From positions 78,560-142,559 of the forward strand of contig DAOUMA010000008.1 in assembly GCA_034414555.1 (NCBI GenBank): a stretch of DNA of 64,000 nucleotides, written 5' to 3'. Source of the DNA: Dehalococcoidia bacterium. Lineage in GTDB: Bacteria; Chloroflexota; Dehalococcoidia; GIF9; AB-539-J10. The first letter of the stretch is position 1. Every line of letters starts with the position of its first letter. The position numbers and the translations under genes are program-made. Shown here in pieces: positions 8,973-17,796 of this stretch. The notes below the pieces were generated by a model, which was not told the DNA's origin, made no database searches, and saw only the letters and a program-made list of their open reading frames with translations.

Positions 8973-10180
8973 GTATTCTCCAAAATCCTCTCCAATTTTA
9001 TTTGATAGTCAGTATTATTCCGGTCAATAGTGTAGTGCAGTGCAGTTGGGTCTGATTGGTAAATATCTTCTAGTAACCCAGCAGCCTTATCATATTCAAG
9101 GAAGAGGCCTTGGCCATCGCGCAAGCTCAGTATATTTGAATAGAGAAGCAATGGCCTTAACAGGCAATAGCCACCGACCCCAGCCAAATGTTTGTAACCT
9201 GGCCAAATAAAGGTCACGAACTTGTCATGCCCAACTTCTTGTGGCAACACCTTTCCATAAGCTTGAGCTACAAATTCAAAGAACCCCGAATCCAAAAGTG
9301 CTTTTATCACGTTTTCTGGGTATTTCTTCTCCATTTCTGCCGCATAGGCTTGTGTTAGCGAGATTAGTTTGAGTCCTACCCTGGTGAACCGCCATGTTCT
9401 AGACCCAGCTGACTCTACAGCCCCCATATCAACCAGCCATTCCAAGCGAGGTATTGTTGTCTGTTCACGTCTAGACCCAGACCCTTGCTCCTCGGCTTTC
9501 TCCTCTATGTTCTTGAGAATCTGTTGCCTGCCCTTTTCAAGAATCTGTAGCTGTTTCTGGTCGGTTAGAGTATACGCGGAGCCAAGGAAGCTATTCCTTA
9601 TATTCTCCATTATGCCAGGAATGAGTGAACCGGCATCAAGGTAATTGAAACTTCCATCTGAAAATCGATTTAGAAGGACATCATAAAAGGGTACTAAGAA
9701 ATCGCCATCCGCAGCTAGCAGGTTGTATAAGAAGAATACTTGCTCTCCACGTTCCAAGACAAGTGGATTTACGGCCGAAGGGTGGTCGAATGCCTCGAGT
9801 TGCTCCTTCGACATCAAACCCTGATATAGAACAAGACCCATGTCGGTTCGTTCATACGAGGCTGTCACCAATCCTAGACCGCGGGGTAAGTATTCCGCAT
9901 ACTCATTGAAGCCAAGTTTAGAGAGCCATCCCGTTTGTGATGGATGACCATAGATATATAGCTTTTGCAGGCTCGTCACATCAGTTCCTTCGCCCAATCC
10001 TTTAAGCCATGTGGCGAGAGCCTCATCCGAAACAGTAAATTTATGCTCTTCAAGCCTTCTGCGCAGTACATCTGACATCTGGTCTGGGGTTCTAGCGAGT
10101 TCGGAAAAAGCCAACACTGCCTTACAAAACCCAAGTCGTTGCATAGAAAGTCTGGAACGACTAATCCATCGAATAGCCAT
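8969..10180 (-). CDS. Hypothetical protein of the operon, 403 aa, no recognisable motif
   Basis: Long ORF packed tightly between the HerA-like gene (2-nt gap) and the B12-domain ORF (4-nt overlap). No motif identifiable by eye. Confidence 0.5.
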   Translation of the reverse strand: MAIRWISRSRLSMQRLGFCKAVLAFSELARTPDQMSDVLRRRLEEHKFTVSDEALATWLKGLGEGTDVTSLQKLYIYGHPSQTGWLSKLGFNEYAEYLPRGLGLVTASYERTDMGLVLYQGLMSKEQLEAFDHPSAVNPLVLERGEQVFFLYNLLAADGDFLVPFYDVLLNRFSDGSFNYLDAGSLIPGIMENIRNSFLGSAYTLTDQKQLQILEKGRQQILKNIEEKAEEQGSGSRREQTTIPRLEWLVDMGAVESAGSRTWRFTRVGLKLISLTQAYAAEMEKKYPENVIKALLDSGFFEFVAQAYGKVLPQEVGHDKFVTFIWPGYKHLAGVGGYCLLRPLLLYSNILSLRDGQGLFLEYDKAAGLLEDIYQSDPTALHYTIDRNNTDYQIKLERILENT

Positions 10181-10182
10181 AT

Positions 10183-11580
10183 CTATGCCTCAAAACCTCC
10201 ATGTGCACTGACTCTTGGGCGGACTTCCATGACAAAACATCTGGGAGTGTTGGTATCAGACACTACAGCTTGACCAACTCCTATGTCTCGTATGAGTTCA
10301 TTTATCGATATATTGACGTTGTTATCCTTGATTTCCGTTGGCAAAGGTGATTTCAAGTTATCTAGAACGTAGTCTATATCAGATTGAGAGACTAATTTGT
10401 GAACGATGAACGTTTCCACTTGAGATAGCACGTTCGGGTCGAGTGCTCTTGGTTGTTGGGTAGTCACTACAAAGGAAAGGCCAAAATTTCTGCCTTCCTT
10501 GACAAACCTTATCAAACTAGCGGTAGCAGAAGTGCGTTTACCGGCCGGGATTACGTTTTGTGCTTCGTCAATAACGACCCAAACCTTGGGTACATAGCGT
10601 TCTACCAGTTCTTTTTTCTCTTTTTTCTGCTGCTCATCTAATTTCGGATTAATAAGAAGATCCTTTGTCATTTCAGAAGCTTCGGCTCTTTCCTGCAATA
10701 GCCTCTTGATAACTACTGAAACAAGTACACCACGCAGATCTTCTGGCAAACCGTTAAGTAGCACTACCGAAGCACGGCCGGCGGTAATCAGGTCACGCAG
10801 TGGCGTTCCGGAACCTGAGAAGATAGGATGCCGGTCATAAGCCCGAAGTTGTTGTAGGACAGCCCTTCTTGTCTCCGCCCGATATACGGATGCCTCATTC
10901 TCCTGGTCCTTCTCTATACATTCAATGAAGTCCCAAATCGTTTGGTCTTTCTTAGCACGATGGTAGTTGCCTTCAGTATCGTACCATCCCAAATCAACCA
11001 CCTTCTGAAATACCTCAGTAAAGTATTGTCCCTTAATATCGCGGACTATATCTAAGTCGAGAAGTGAGCTCCAGTCATCCAATGAGAAGTCTGGTACATT
11101 AAGATACAGGTCCTTGAAAGCTGGCGATGATAGACGATACCGGTAACCGGCAGGAACCCATACGTCAACGTCTAAGGGTACAGCCGGCAATCCCCAAGAA
11201 CGGAGTATATCTGCCTGACTCTTCATTTCCGCGGACTGTTGCTCTGCCGATAGGACTGGAATATTCATCCACTGGAAAATGTTTAGAGTGTCGAATAGAA
11301 GCAAGCCCCTCCGTTTGCTTGTAGCACCAATCGCTGAATTTGACTCAGAGGTACAGAGCGCCTCAATGAGCGAGCCCAAAGTATATGATTTACCCTGTCC
11401 TCGTTTTCCAACAATTGCTATGACCTTCTCTTTCGATACGTCAAATTTGATATTGTAGCGACGTCCATATTCAGCTAGTTTCCCCAAGAAAAGCCATTCT
11501 TTCGGTTCACCGGCCTCTGAGCCTGACGTACACCAATCACCCTGAGCACTCATTTCGGGGTATAGACCATACCTTTTCAT
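10183..11580 (-). CDS. HerA/FtsK-like ATPase (DUF87-type)
   Basis: Walker A IVGKRGQGKSYTL. Walker B VWVVIDEAQNV. C-terminal EGRNFGLSFVVTTQQPRALDPNVLSQVETFIVHKL is typical of HerA/DUF87 ATPases. Confidence 0.8.
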   Translation of the reverse strand: MKRYGLYPEMSAQGDWCTSGSEAGEPKEWLFLGKLAEYGRRYNIKFDVSKEKVIAIVGKRGQGKSYTLGSLIEALCTSESNSAIGATSKRRGLLLFDTLNIFQWMNIPVLSAEQQSAEMKSQADILRSWGLPAVPLDVDVWVPAGYRYRLSSPAFKDLYLNVPDFSLDDWSSLLDLDIVRDIKGQYFTEVFQKVVDLGWYDTEGNYHRAKKDQTIWDFIECIEKDQENEASVYRAETRRAVLQQLRAYDRHPIFSGSGTPLRDLITAGRASVVLLNGLPEDLRGVLVSVVIKRLLQERAEASEMTKDLLINPKLDEQQKKEKKELVERYVPKVWVVIDEAQNVIPAGKRTSATASLIRFVKEGRNFGLSFVVTTQQPRALDPNVLSQVETFIVHKLVSQSDIDYVLDNLKSPLPTEIKDNNVNISINELIRDIGVGQAVVSDTNTPRCFVMEVRPRVSAHGGFEA

Positions 11581-11595
11581 GGATTTAATCTCCTG

Positions 11596-12831
11596 CTAAA
11601 TACGTGGCATAGCTGAATCTAGAAGAGTCTTATCCGCTATCACATATTGATTACTTGCTTTTCCTTGGTGATAAGCAGCAGCCGCAACTTGTGCTAGCGC
11701 ATTTATTATCATGCGGGCATTTCTCGTCTGTTCGTTTTGAAATAGTATTTCCACCGCTCTATCAAGAGCATCTTCCGTGAATGGTAGACTCTGCCAGGTA
11801 ACTTTGCCAGCCAAGCCGACCTCGTTAATAAACTCCTTAGCTCTTTCTTCATCCTTTATATTTTGCATCAAATTGCTCATGAAGGCTCGCATGTCGTTTT
11901 TCGTATTGATAAGCCGAATTAAGTTGATAAACGCTTCGTCCACATTCTGTCGGGTTACGCCTAATCGAGACAGAATGTCATCGGCTGGCTGGATAATGGC
12001 TTTGGGAATAAACTGTTGTCCGGTTCCGAAATAGGCAATTACGAATCCAACATCCTGGTTATAGTCTGAGGCAAGTTGCAGAAAGGCATGATGTATCTCT
12101 ATCAATCTCTTGTCGACATTGTTGAGATCTTGTGCTTCGTCCATGAGAAAGACAATGGCCTTGCCTTGAGTCTTCCGGACCAAGTTACCCAGATTTAATG
12201 TGACATTAACCATATCTTCGGCGTTTTCCAACGCCTTTGTGGCAGCTAGGTCTTGAGCTTGGGCGCCCTTTTCCAGTTTGGAACCCCTAAGCCACTGCCA
12301 GGCTGGTAGAGTCGACCGTGTTTCCCTCAAAAAATACCCGGAAAGAACGTTAGCAAGAGACCTTTTCAGATTTTCATCTCCAAACTTGAATAGCTTTTTC
12401 ATCTCGTTGGATAAATCAGCGGTTTTGTCCTCAGAAGAACGGTTAAATTCTTGAACAATTAGCCTGAGGAAGGCTTCGCCCATCGAATCTAACATCTTGC
12501 CATGAATATACTTCCAGCCGCCAAGATCGGGTATACGCTCATCATATGGCGCAAGCCCGAGGAAGAAACATTTTGCAGGGTAATTCCCTGGCTTTTTGTC
12601 AAACAAATACTTGATATGATACAGCGTGTGAGTCTTTCCATCGCCGAATCTTCCGATAACTCCACATTTTGGGACGCCTCTTATATCGAAGTCACTCCTA
12701 ATCCGAGCCAATAGCTCGTCACTTACCTGCTTGTTGCCAAAGAACCATTCAGCATCTGCCTCTGGGTTTACCCTGAAGCGAGGGCGATTCAGGCAACAGT
12801 AGTCCTTAAGCTCCATATCTTTGATATCCAT
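11596..12831 (-). CDS. P-loop NTPase, paralog C of a tandem trio
   Basis: Walker A GRFGDGKTH at about residue 60. Walker B IVFLMDEAQ at about residue 218. Same architecture as 13383..14573 and 14580..15776. Confidence 0.7.
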   Translation of the reverse strand: MDIKDMELKDYCCLNRPRFRVNPEADAEWFFGNKQVSDELLARIRSDFDIRGVPKCGVIGRFGDGKTHTLYHIKYLFDKKPGNYPAKCFFLGLAPYDERIPDLGGWKYIHGKMLDSMGEAFLRLIVQEFNRSSEDKTADLSNEMKKLFKFGDENLKRSLANVLSGYFLRETRSTLPAWQWLRGSKLEKGAQAQDLAATKALENAEDMVNVTLNLGNLVRKTQGKAIVFLMDEAQDLNNVDKRLIEIHHAFLQLASDYNQDVGFVIAYFGTGQQFIPKAIIQPADDILSRLGVTRQNVDEAFINLIRLINTKNDMRAFMSNLMQNIKDEERAKEFINEVGLAGKVTWQSLPFTEDALDRAVEILFQNEQTRNARMIINALAQVAAAAYHQGKASNQYVIADKTLLDSAMPRI

Positions 12832-12867
12832 TTTCGCCTCCTTTTGCTGAGTTCCAATAAACTAAAG

Positions 12868-13386
12868 CTAGCCAAACAGATTCACTTTAGTGACCTGTTT
12901 GAGTTCTGTTCCCGCTCTATTCGGGATGTCTTCTTTACCTAATACTTCGAGTTCTTCAACTATAGCACAACCTGCTCCCTTCCCCTCCACGAGTAGCCCA
13001 ACCTCAAGAGCTCTAGTCGCTCTCCCCGAGAGGTTGGCAGAGCTTAGTAGTGCAAACCCGAATGGCTCGCAACGACAAACGTATATCTTCGCATGCAAGT
13101 CATTGTTGTAGTATAGCGTCACAAATGGGCTTCCTCTGAAAAGCTTAGCTGCTTCCGTGTTCAGTTGTTCTCTCTCGGGACTGCGCATGATAATTGTCGT
13201 TGGCACCTTTTCCCTTCTTATGACATATAGAATAGCCTCCAATGAGAAGGGCTCTCCGTCAAGACCCAATATCCATGGAGATACTATTACTAGGCTCGTA
13301 ATTCCTGTAGCTTGCATGAATCGCTCAAAGAACAAAGTGTGTCCTCCCTCACGAACAATGGTGACAAATCTCTCTTCCCATCTCAT
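12868..13386 (-). CDS. Phospholipase D-family (single HKD) nuclease-like protein (Nuc/BfiI-like)
   Basis: YNNDLHAKIYVCRCEPFGFALLSSANLS has HxK followed by S-x-N. 172 aa is consistent with a one-HKD dimeric nuclease. Confidence 0.6.
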   Translation of the reverse strand: MRWEERFVTIVREGGHTLFFERFMQATGITSLVIVSPWILGLDGEPFSLEAILYVIRREKVPTTIIMRSPEREQLNTEAAKLFRGSPFVTLYYNNDLHAKIYVCRCEPFGFALLSSANLSGRATRALEVGLLVEGKGAGCAIVEELEVLGKEDIPNRAGTELKQVTKVNLFG

Positions 13387-14573
13387 ATCTCTAGCAGACC
13401 TGCTGCGTGCTCAAGTGTTAGCTCCTTGTTTTCTTGGCAAACGTCTAGGCTAACTACCAAGGCTCTGATAAAATCTCTAGGAGTGCTGGCTGAAGCTGAC
13501 ACGCATCTTCGCACGAATAGCCTTATTGAGGATTTACCAAAATCATTACGCCCCCAACCGTAAGCCTTAAAATGCAAGTCTCGAACCCCTTCAGCAAGCT
13601 CAGTTAATTCCTTGCTTCCTAACTGGTATAGCTCTGTAAAATTTCCCAGGGCTTTATCAAATCCATATGGCATACTCTTAAAGAAAGCTGGGGTAGTCGC
13701 ATATACAAAGTACGAGTATGGTGTACTACGAGCGGCGGTAGCCAGGCTGTATAGATTCTTATATGCCTCTTCTCTCCTTACTGCGCTGGGAAGTGAAGGT
13801 ATAGCGTCTGCCTCATCCAGCAATGTTACAAGCCCTTTTAAACCCATAAACCTGAGCATTTTTGTCAGATTGCCGAGCATTTTGAGTGCGTTCTCTGGGG
13901 AAACATTAGTACTCATACCGATACGCTTGGCATCAGTCATCGTGGTTTCACCTTGGAGCCAGCGAAGAGCTGTGTCTACCTTCCGTGGCCTAGCAAAATG
14001 AACACCTTCAAAGTACTGTGTCAGCGCGTTCTTGACATTTGCATCTAAGTCAGTGAGTATCCAAGGAGCAAGACTATGTCTCGTCACATACTCCTTGACT
14101 TCTAGTGCCCAGTTCTCCAGAACATCTTCCAGAGCCGGCCTATCTGCACAACCGGCCGTCCTGAGGCCCTTGATCACATGGCGATACACGCTCTGAAGAT
14201 TATCCATAGGGCATTCCCTAGAGGAAAGTGTTAGAAAACTGCTTGCAAATTCCTCTATATGTGCATACTCCTGAAGAACCCTTAGCGTAAAGGACTTACC
14301 CATACCAAATATTCCGTCTATGACCCGCAAGCAGGAACTGCCATTAGCTACAAGTGTTAAGTCCTGTTTCATGGAATCAAACAAGTCTTCCCGCCCAACT
14401 GCCAAGACAAGAGCACCCTGGGTAGGCGCTGTTCCTTGGCGACATGATTCCACCAAGGTCAAGGCCATCTCCTTGGATACGTCCCTGACAGATGGTAGCT
14501 TGGGGCGTCTTCGAGCCCTCTGAAGCAGTGCTCTAAGTTTCGGGTCATCTCCAATAGTACCCATTTTCGTCAC
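13383..14573 (-). CDS. P-loop NTPase, paralog B
   Basis: Walker A GIFGMGKSF. Walker B LVTLLDEAD. 396 aa. 4-nt ATGA overlap with the PLD gene. Confidence 0.7.
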   Translation of the reverse strand: MTKMGTIGDDPKLRALLQRARRRPKLPSVRDVSKEMALTLVESCRQGTAPTQGALVLAVGREDLFDSMKQDLTLVANGSSCLRVIDGIFGMGKSFTLRVLQEYAHIEEFASSFLTLSSRECPMDNLQSVYRHVIKGLRTAGCADRPALEDVLENWALEVKEYVTRHSLAPWILTDLDANVKNALTQYFEGVHFARPRKVDTALRWLQGETTMTDAKRIGMSTNVSPENALKMLGNLTKMLRFMGLKGLVTLLDEADAIPSLPSAVRREEAYKNLYSLATAARSTPYSYFVYATTPAFFKSMPYGFDKALGNFTELYQLGSKELTELAEGVRDLHFKAYGWGRNDFGKSSIRLFVRRCVSASASTPRDFIRALVVSLDVCQENKELTLEHAAGLLEI

Positions 14574-14579
14574 GTCTTG

Positions 14580-15776
14580 CTAGTCTTCATGCTCAAATTC
14601 AAGTTTCTCTATTAGATCGTCCAGCATAGCGTTTTCACGCTTCTCTTCTGTAACATCCAGAACGCCTATTAGACCCTTTATGAAAGACCTAATCATGCGC
14701 GGGTCACTAGTTTCAAGAAAGGCAGATACGTACTTGCTAATTGCTCTTGGGTTGAAATAGTCTCCGGCATTCCATTCATATGCCTTGGAGTGTGTGTCAA
14801 CAATGCGAGGTGCTAGCTCCTCCAAAGTGGATTGGTCGAAGGGTGGCAAAGCCATAATTATTGACCTAGCACTTGACTGTTGTAGTCCTCCTCCTATAAC
14901 ATCTTTGATTCTACTCCATAGTGCTGGATATGATCGGGCTCCATTATCAGGGTCTGAGAGGAACTTTGGTGTAGTAGCAAAGAAAACGTAAAAACCTCGA
15001 TGTTCGTCAGGGTTATCCAGCAGTTTACGTATATTCTGGTTTGCTTCTTCACGTTTACGGGATTGAGTCAGTGACGTAATAGCCTCAGCCTCGTCTAAGA
15101 GTACAACAAGGCCAGCATAACCACAAGCCCGCACAAATCGCAAGAAAGAGCCAAGTATCTCACTTACATTCATTATAGTAACGTTAGAGCGTATTCCTTT
15201 TGATTTAAGTTCAGACATTACCTGGTATCCTTGTAGCCAAGCTAATATTCCCTGCATCCGAATTCGATGATCCGGAGAGTCTGTATTAGCGTATTCTAAG
15301 CATGCACGTAAGGCTGCTCTAAAATCCAACGAAGGCGCAATTTGACGTAGATTCGCCTCGACTTCTTGCGAAGAATGGTAAGGAAATCGCCTTGCCCAAT
15401 CCTCAAACATGTGTTCAATACCCTGTCCATCGGGTAAGGTTACGCCACGCATTATCTTCGGGAATATCACTTCAAACCTATCAAACGGAGCTTCTCTTGA
15501 ATTGAGTTCTACATATGACAACAAGAAATTCGCAGACAGGGCTTTTTCCTTGACTTGCATGAAGAAATGTGTCTTACCGCCGCCATAGGGTGCAGACAAG
15601 AAGCGGATTTTGCAGCCACCTTGCCCTATATAAGCTAGATCTCGAGATATAGATGCCAACCATTGCTCACGGCCGACCGAGTACAGCTCCAAGTGTCGTG
15701 CTGGCACAGTCCCTTGCCGAAATGATTCTATAATCGCTTCTGCATCAAACCGACCTAGCTCCCCCGTGCTACTCAT
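14580..15776 (-). CDS. P-loop NTPase, paralog A; first gene of the operon
   Basis: Walker A YGGGKTHF. Walker B LVVLLDEAE. 398 aa. The three paralogs share a long (about 160 aa) Walker A-to-B spacing. Confidence 0.7.
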   Translation of the reverse strand: MSSTGELGRFDAEAIIESFRQGTVPARHLELYSVGREQWLASISRDLAYIGQGGCKIRFLSAPYGGGKTHFFMQVKEKALSANFLLSYVELNSREAPFDRFEVIFPKIMRGVTLPDGQGIEHMFEDWARRFPYHSSQEVEANLRQIAPSLDFRAALRACLEYANTDSPDHRIRMQGILAWLQGYQVMSELKSKGIRSNVTIMNVSEILGSFLRFVRACGYAGLVVLLDEAEAITSLTQSRKREEANQNIRKLLDNPDEHRGFYVFFATTPKFLSDPDNGARSYPALWSRIKDVIGGGLQQSSARSIIMALPPFDQSTLEELAPRIVDTHSKAYEWNAGDYFNPRAISKYVSAFLETSDPRMIRSFIKGLIGVLDVTEEKRENAMLDDLIEKLEFEHED

Positions 15777-15824
15777 TGTGCCGCCCCGTGACCCATAGTA
15801 TATAACCTCGGACTCAGCGACACA

Positions 15825-15947
15825 ACAAAATGGCGTTTTGTGCAGTAGGACGAGTTACCATATTCAGTTTCATAGCCATTCTCGCGGGTGCTATAATCTC
15901 GATGAAAACGGCGGATTGTTCGGCGCTGTGCCAACTTTGCCGGTGTC
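15825..15947. repeat. Composite repeat at the right border of the operon: ggcgttttgtgcag, motif A (cgcgggTGcTATAATctcgatgaaaa), then motif B (gcgctgtgccaactttgccg)
   Basis: Motif A recurs at 23009-23035 and is related to 455-470. Motif B with its ttgtgcag prefix recurs at 17093-17127. Confidence 0.55.
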
Positions 15948-16071
15948 TACATTTTTCCAGAAATTCATCTACGGCTTGTGCTAATCATAATTCCTCCTCC
16001 TCATCATAACTGCTTAGCAACAGCAAACTTGATTGAAAGGCAGATAAGCTGTGTAACATCCGGAGACGGAG

Positions 16072-16977
16072 TCATCTTGAGGCTACAATATATCCAGCGA
16101 TGAGAATTAGAAAACCACCGACAAGCATGAGTGGTGTGGGTTGCTGGGCTAGAAAGAGAAAGCCGAAAACCACAGCGCTTGCGGGCTCCAAATAAGTGAA
16201 AACTACCGCCTTCTGAGCCTTTATCATTCCAAGGCCTTTAAGGTAGAGTGTAACGGCAAATCCCGTGTTGAAGACACCCAAAACCAGCAGAAGTAACCAT
16301 GAAGATAAATCTGGAGAAAAATCAGTGCCTATTACGAAGGGAAGGAGGAAAATTGTAGCTGCAGCGTAAGAATAAAATGCTACGACTTGACTTGAGAAGC
16401 TGGATAAAGCCCTCTTAGACGCGATGACAAATCCGGCATAGGCGAGGCCGGCAAGAAGCCCAAGAATTACTCCCAAAAGATTCAGGTGACTAATCTGAAG
16501 ATTCTGCTGATATGAAATAACTACTATTCCTGCCACGGATATGGCTAATGCAAGCAGGGTAGATTTCTCAAGTTTCTCCTTAAGAAATAGGGGGGCAAGT
16601 AAAGCTACAAAGATGGGTGCCGTGTAATTTAGCAAGACCGCGTTGGCGATTGCAATGAGTTTCATCGAATGGAAAAGCAACGTCCAACCCAGGGCGAGCA
16701 GCAAGCCTAAACTCAGCATAACCCTCCAGGACCTAGCAGCACGCATCGTTTCAGGTTTTCGAGTCAAAAGTACTACAGGCAGGAGGGTGAGGCTGGCAAA
16801 TAAGACCCTGAAGAAAGCGATAACGGACGCGTCGTAAGGGACCCAGTTTACAATTACACCATTAGAGCCCCAGATGATAGCTGCCGCAGCCACGTAGGAG
16901 TATACCAAGAACTTTGAATTGAATTGTCTCAGCACAACTACCCCGGTTTTATGAAGCTGGAAAGAGACATTCTCCAT
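16072..16977 (-). CDS. EamA/DMT-superfamily transporter
   Basis: 301 aa, about 10 TM helices, with the two-repeat architecture typical of EamA. Confidence 0.7.
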   Translation of the reverse strand: MENVSFQLHKTGVVVLRQFNSKFLVYSYVAAAAIIWGSNGVIVNWVPYDASVIAFFRVLFASLTLLPVVLLTRKPETMRAARSWRVMLSLGLLLALGWTLLFHSMKLIAIANAVLLNYTAPIFVALLAPLFLKEKLEKSTLLALAISVAGIVVISYQQNLQISHLNLLGVILGLLAGLAYAGFVIASKRALSSFSSQVVAFYSYAAATIFLLPFVIGTDFSPDLSSWLLLLVLGVFNTGFAVTLYLKGLGMIKAQKAVVFTYLEPASAVVFGFLFLAQQPTPLMLVGGFLILIAGYIVASR

Positions 16978-17092
16978 TATACACTATAAGTTATCGCCGT
17001 CTCTTTTGTGTGCCAGGTTGTAAAGTTGTAGCCTTAGTCAAGGGATTGGGCCCTTCGGCTGTTGGCATCAGCTCACACCCTAATTGCACCTT

Positions 17093-17127
17093 TTAGCGGT
17101 TTGTGCAGCGCTGTGCCAACTTTGCCG
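17093..17127. repeat. Copy of agcggtttgtgcag plus motif B (gcgctgtgccaactttgccg)
   Basis: Aligns to 15831-15844 joined to 15923-15942. The intervening approximately 80 bp that carries motif A at 15.9 kb is absent here. Confidence 0.55.
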
Positions 17128-17174
17128 CCTAATATGCTAGAATAGGCAGGATATTGTAGTAGTGAAGGAGCACT

Positions 17175-17507
17175 ATGGACATCAAAATGCTGCCAGTATA
17201 TTTTGTGATTGGCGGGGTTATAGTCTCCGCCGCAATCTATTTTGGGAGTCAAGCAAAAGGTCTGCTTGCTGCATTTATTGCTTTCTTACCCACTATTAGC
17301 GTGGTAACTCTCTGCGGCATATACTTTGCTACCGGAACACAAGCTGCTGTTTCTTATGCCAAAAGCATGCTGATACTGTTGCCTCCCTGGGTGCTCTATG
17401 TCGTTGCGGTAATCTTTCTTTTGCCGCGTATAGGTCTGGCGGGCTCGCTCATTGTGGGCATCGCAGCCTATCTGGGAATAGCATTTCTAATCATGAGACT
17501 AATATAG
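17175..17507 (+). CDS. Small integral membrane protein (4 predicted TM helices)
   Basis: 110 aa, hydrophobic. SD-like GGAG lies upstream. Confidence 0.5.
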   Translation: MDIKMLPVYFVIGGVIVSAAIYFGSQAKGLLAAFIAFLPTISVVTLCGIYFATGTQAAVSYAKSMLILLPPWVLYVVAVIFLLPRIGLAGSLIVGIAAYLGIAFLIMRLI

Positions 17508-17595
17508 TTATAATGATCAGGAGTAGCTTGCGGTCTATTGAGCAGTAGCGAAGCTGGTGGGAAGGGGCGTACAATATAATTTGGAGGATAAAGAA

Positions 17596-17796
17596 ATGGC
17601 AAAGGCTAAATACCTTGTGGATGAGAAGGGTAGGAAGAGAGCAGTTCTCCTGGATATCAAGGAATATCAGCGATTCATGCGGCGGCTAGAAGAAATGGAA
17701 GATGCCCTCAGTTTAGATGAAGCAGTTCGCACTGCTCAAAGCTTCAGGGACTATCGTGAAGTCAGGGCTGAATTAAAGCGAGAAGGACGTCTGTGA
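17596..17796 (+). CDS. Type II antitoxin (Phd/YefM- or ParD-like)
   Basis: MAKAKYLVDEKGRKRAVLLDIKEYQRFMRRLEEMEDALSLDEAVR. SD GGAGGA 6 nt upstream of the ATG at 17596 (the ORF track started earlier at 17557). The stop overlaps the toxin start. Confidence 0.7.
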   Translation: MAKAKYLVDEKGRKRAVLLDIKEYQRFMRRLEEMEDALSLDEAVRTAQSFRDYREVRAELKREGRL

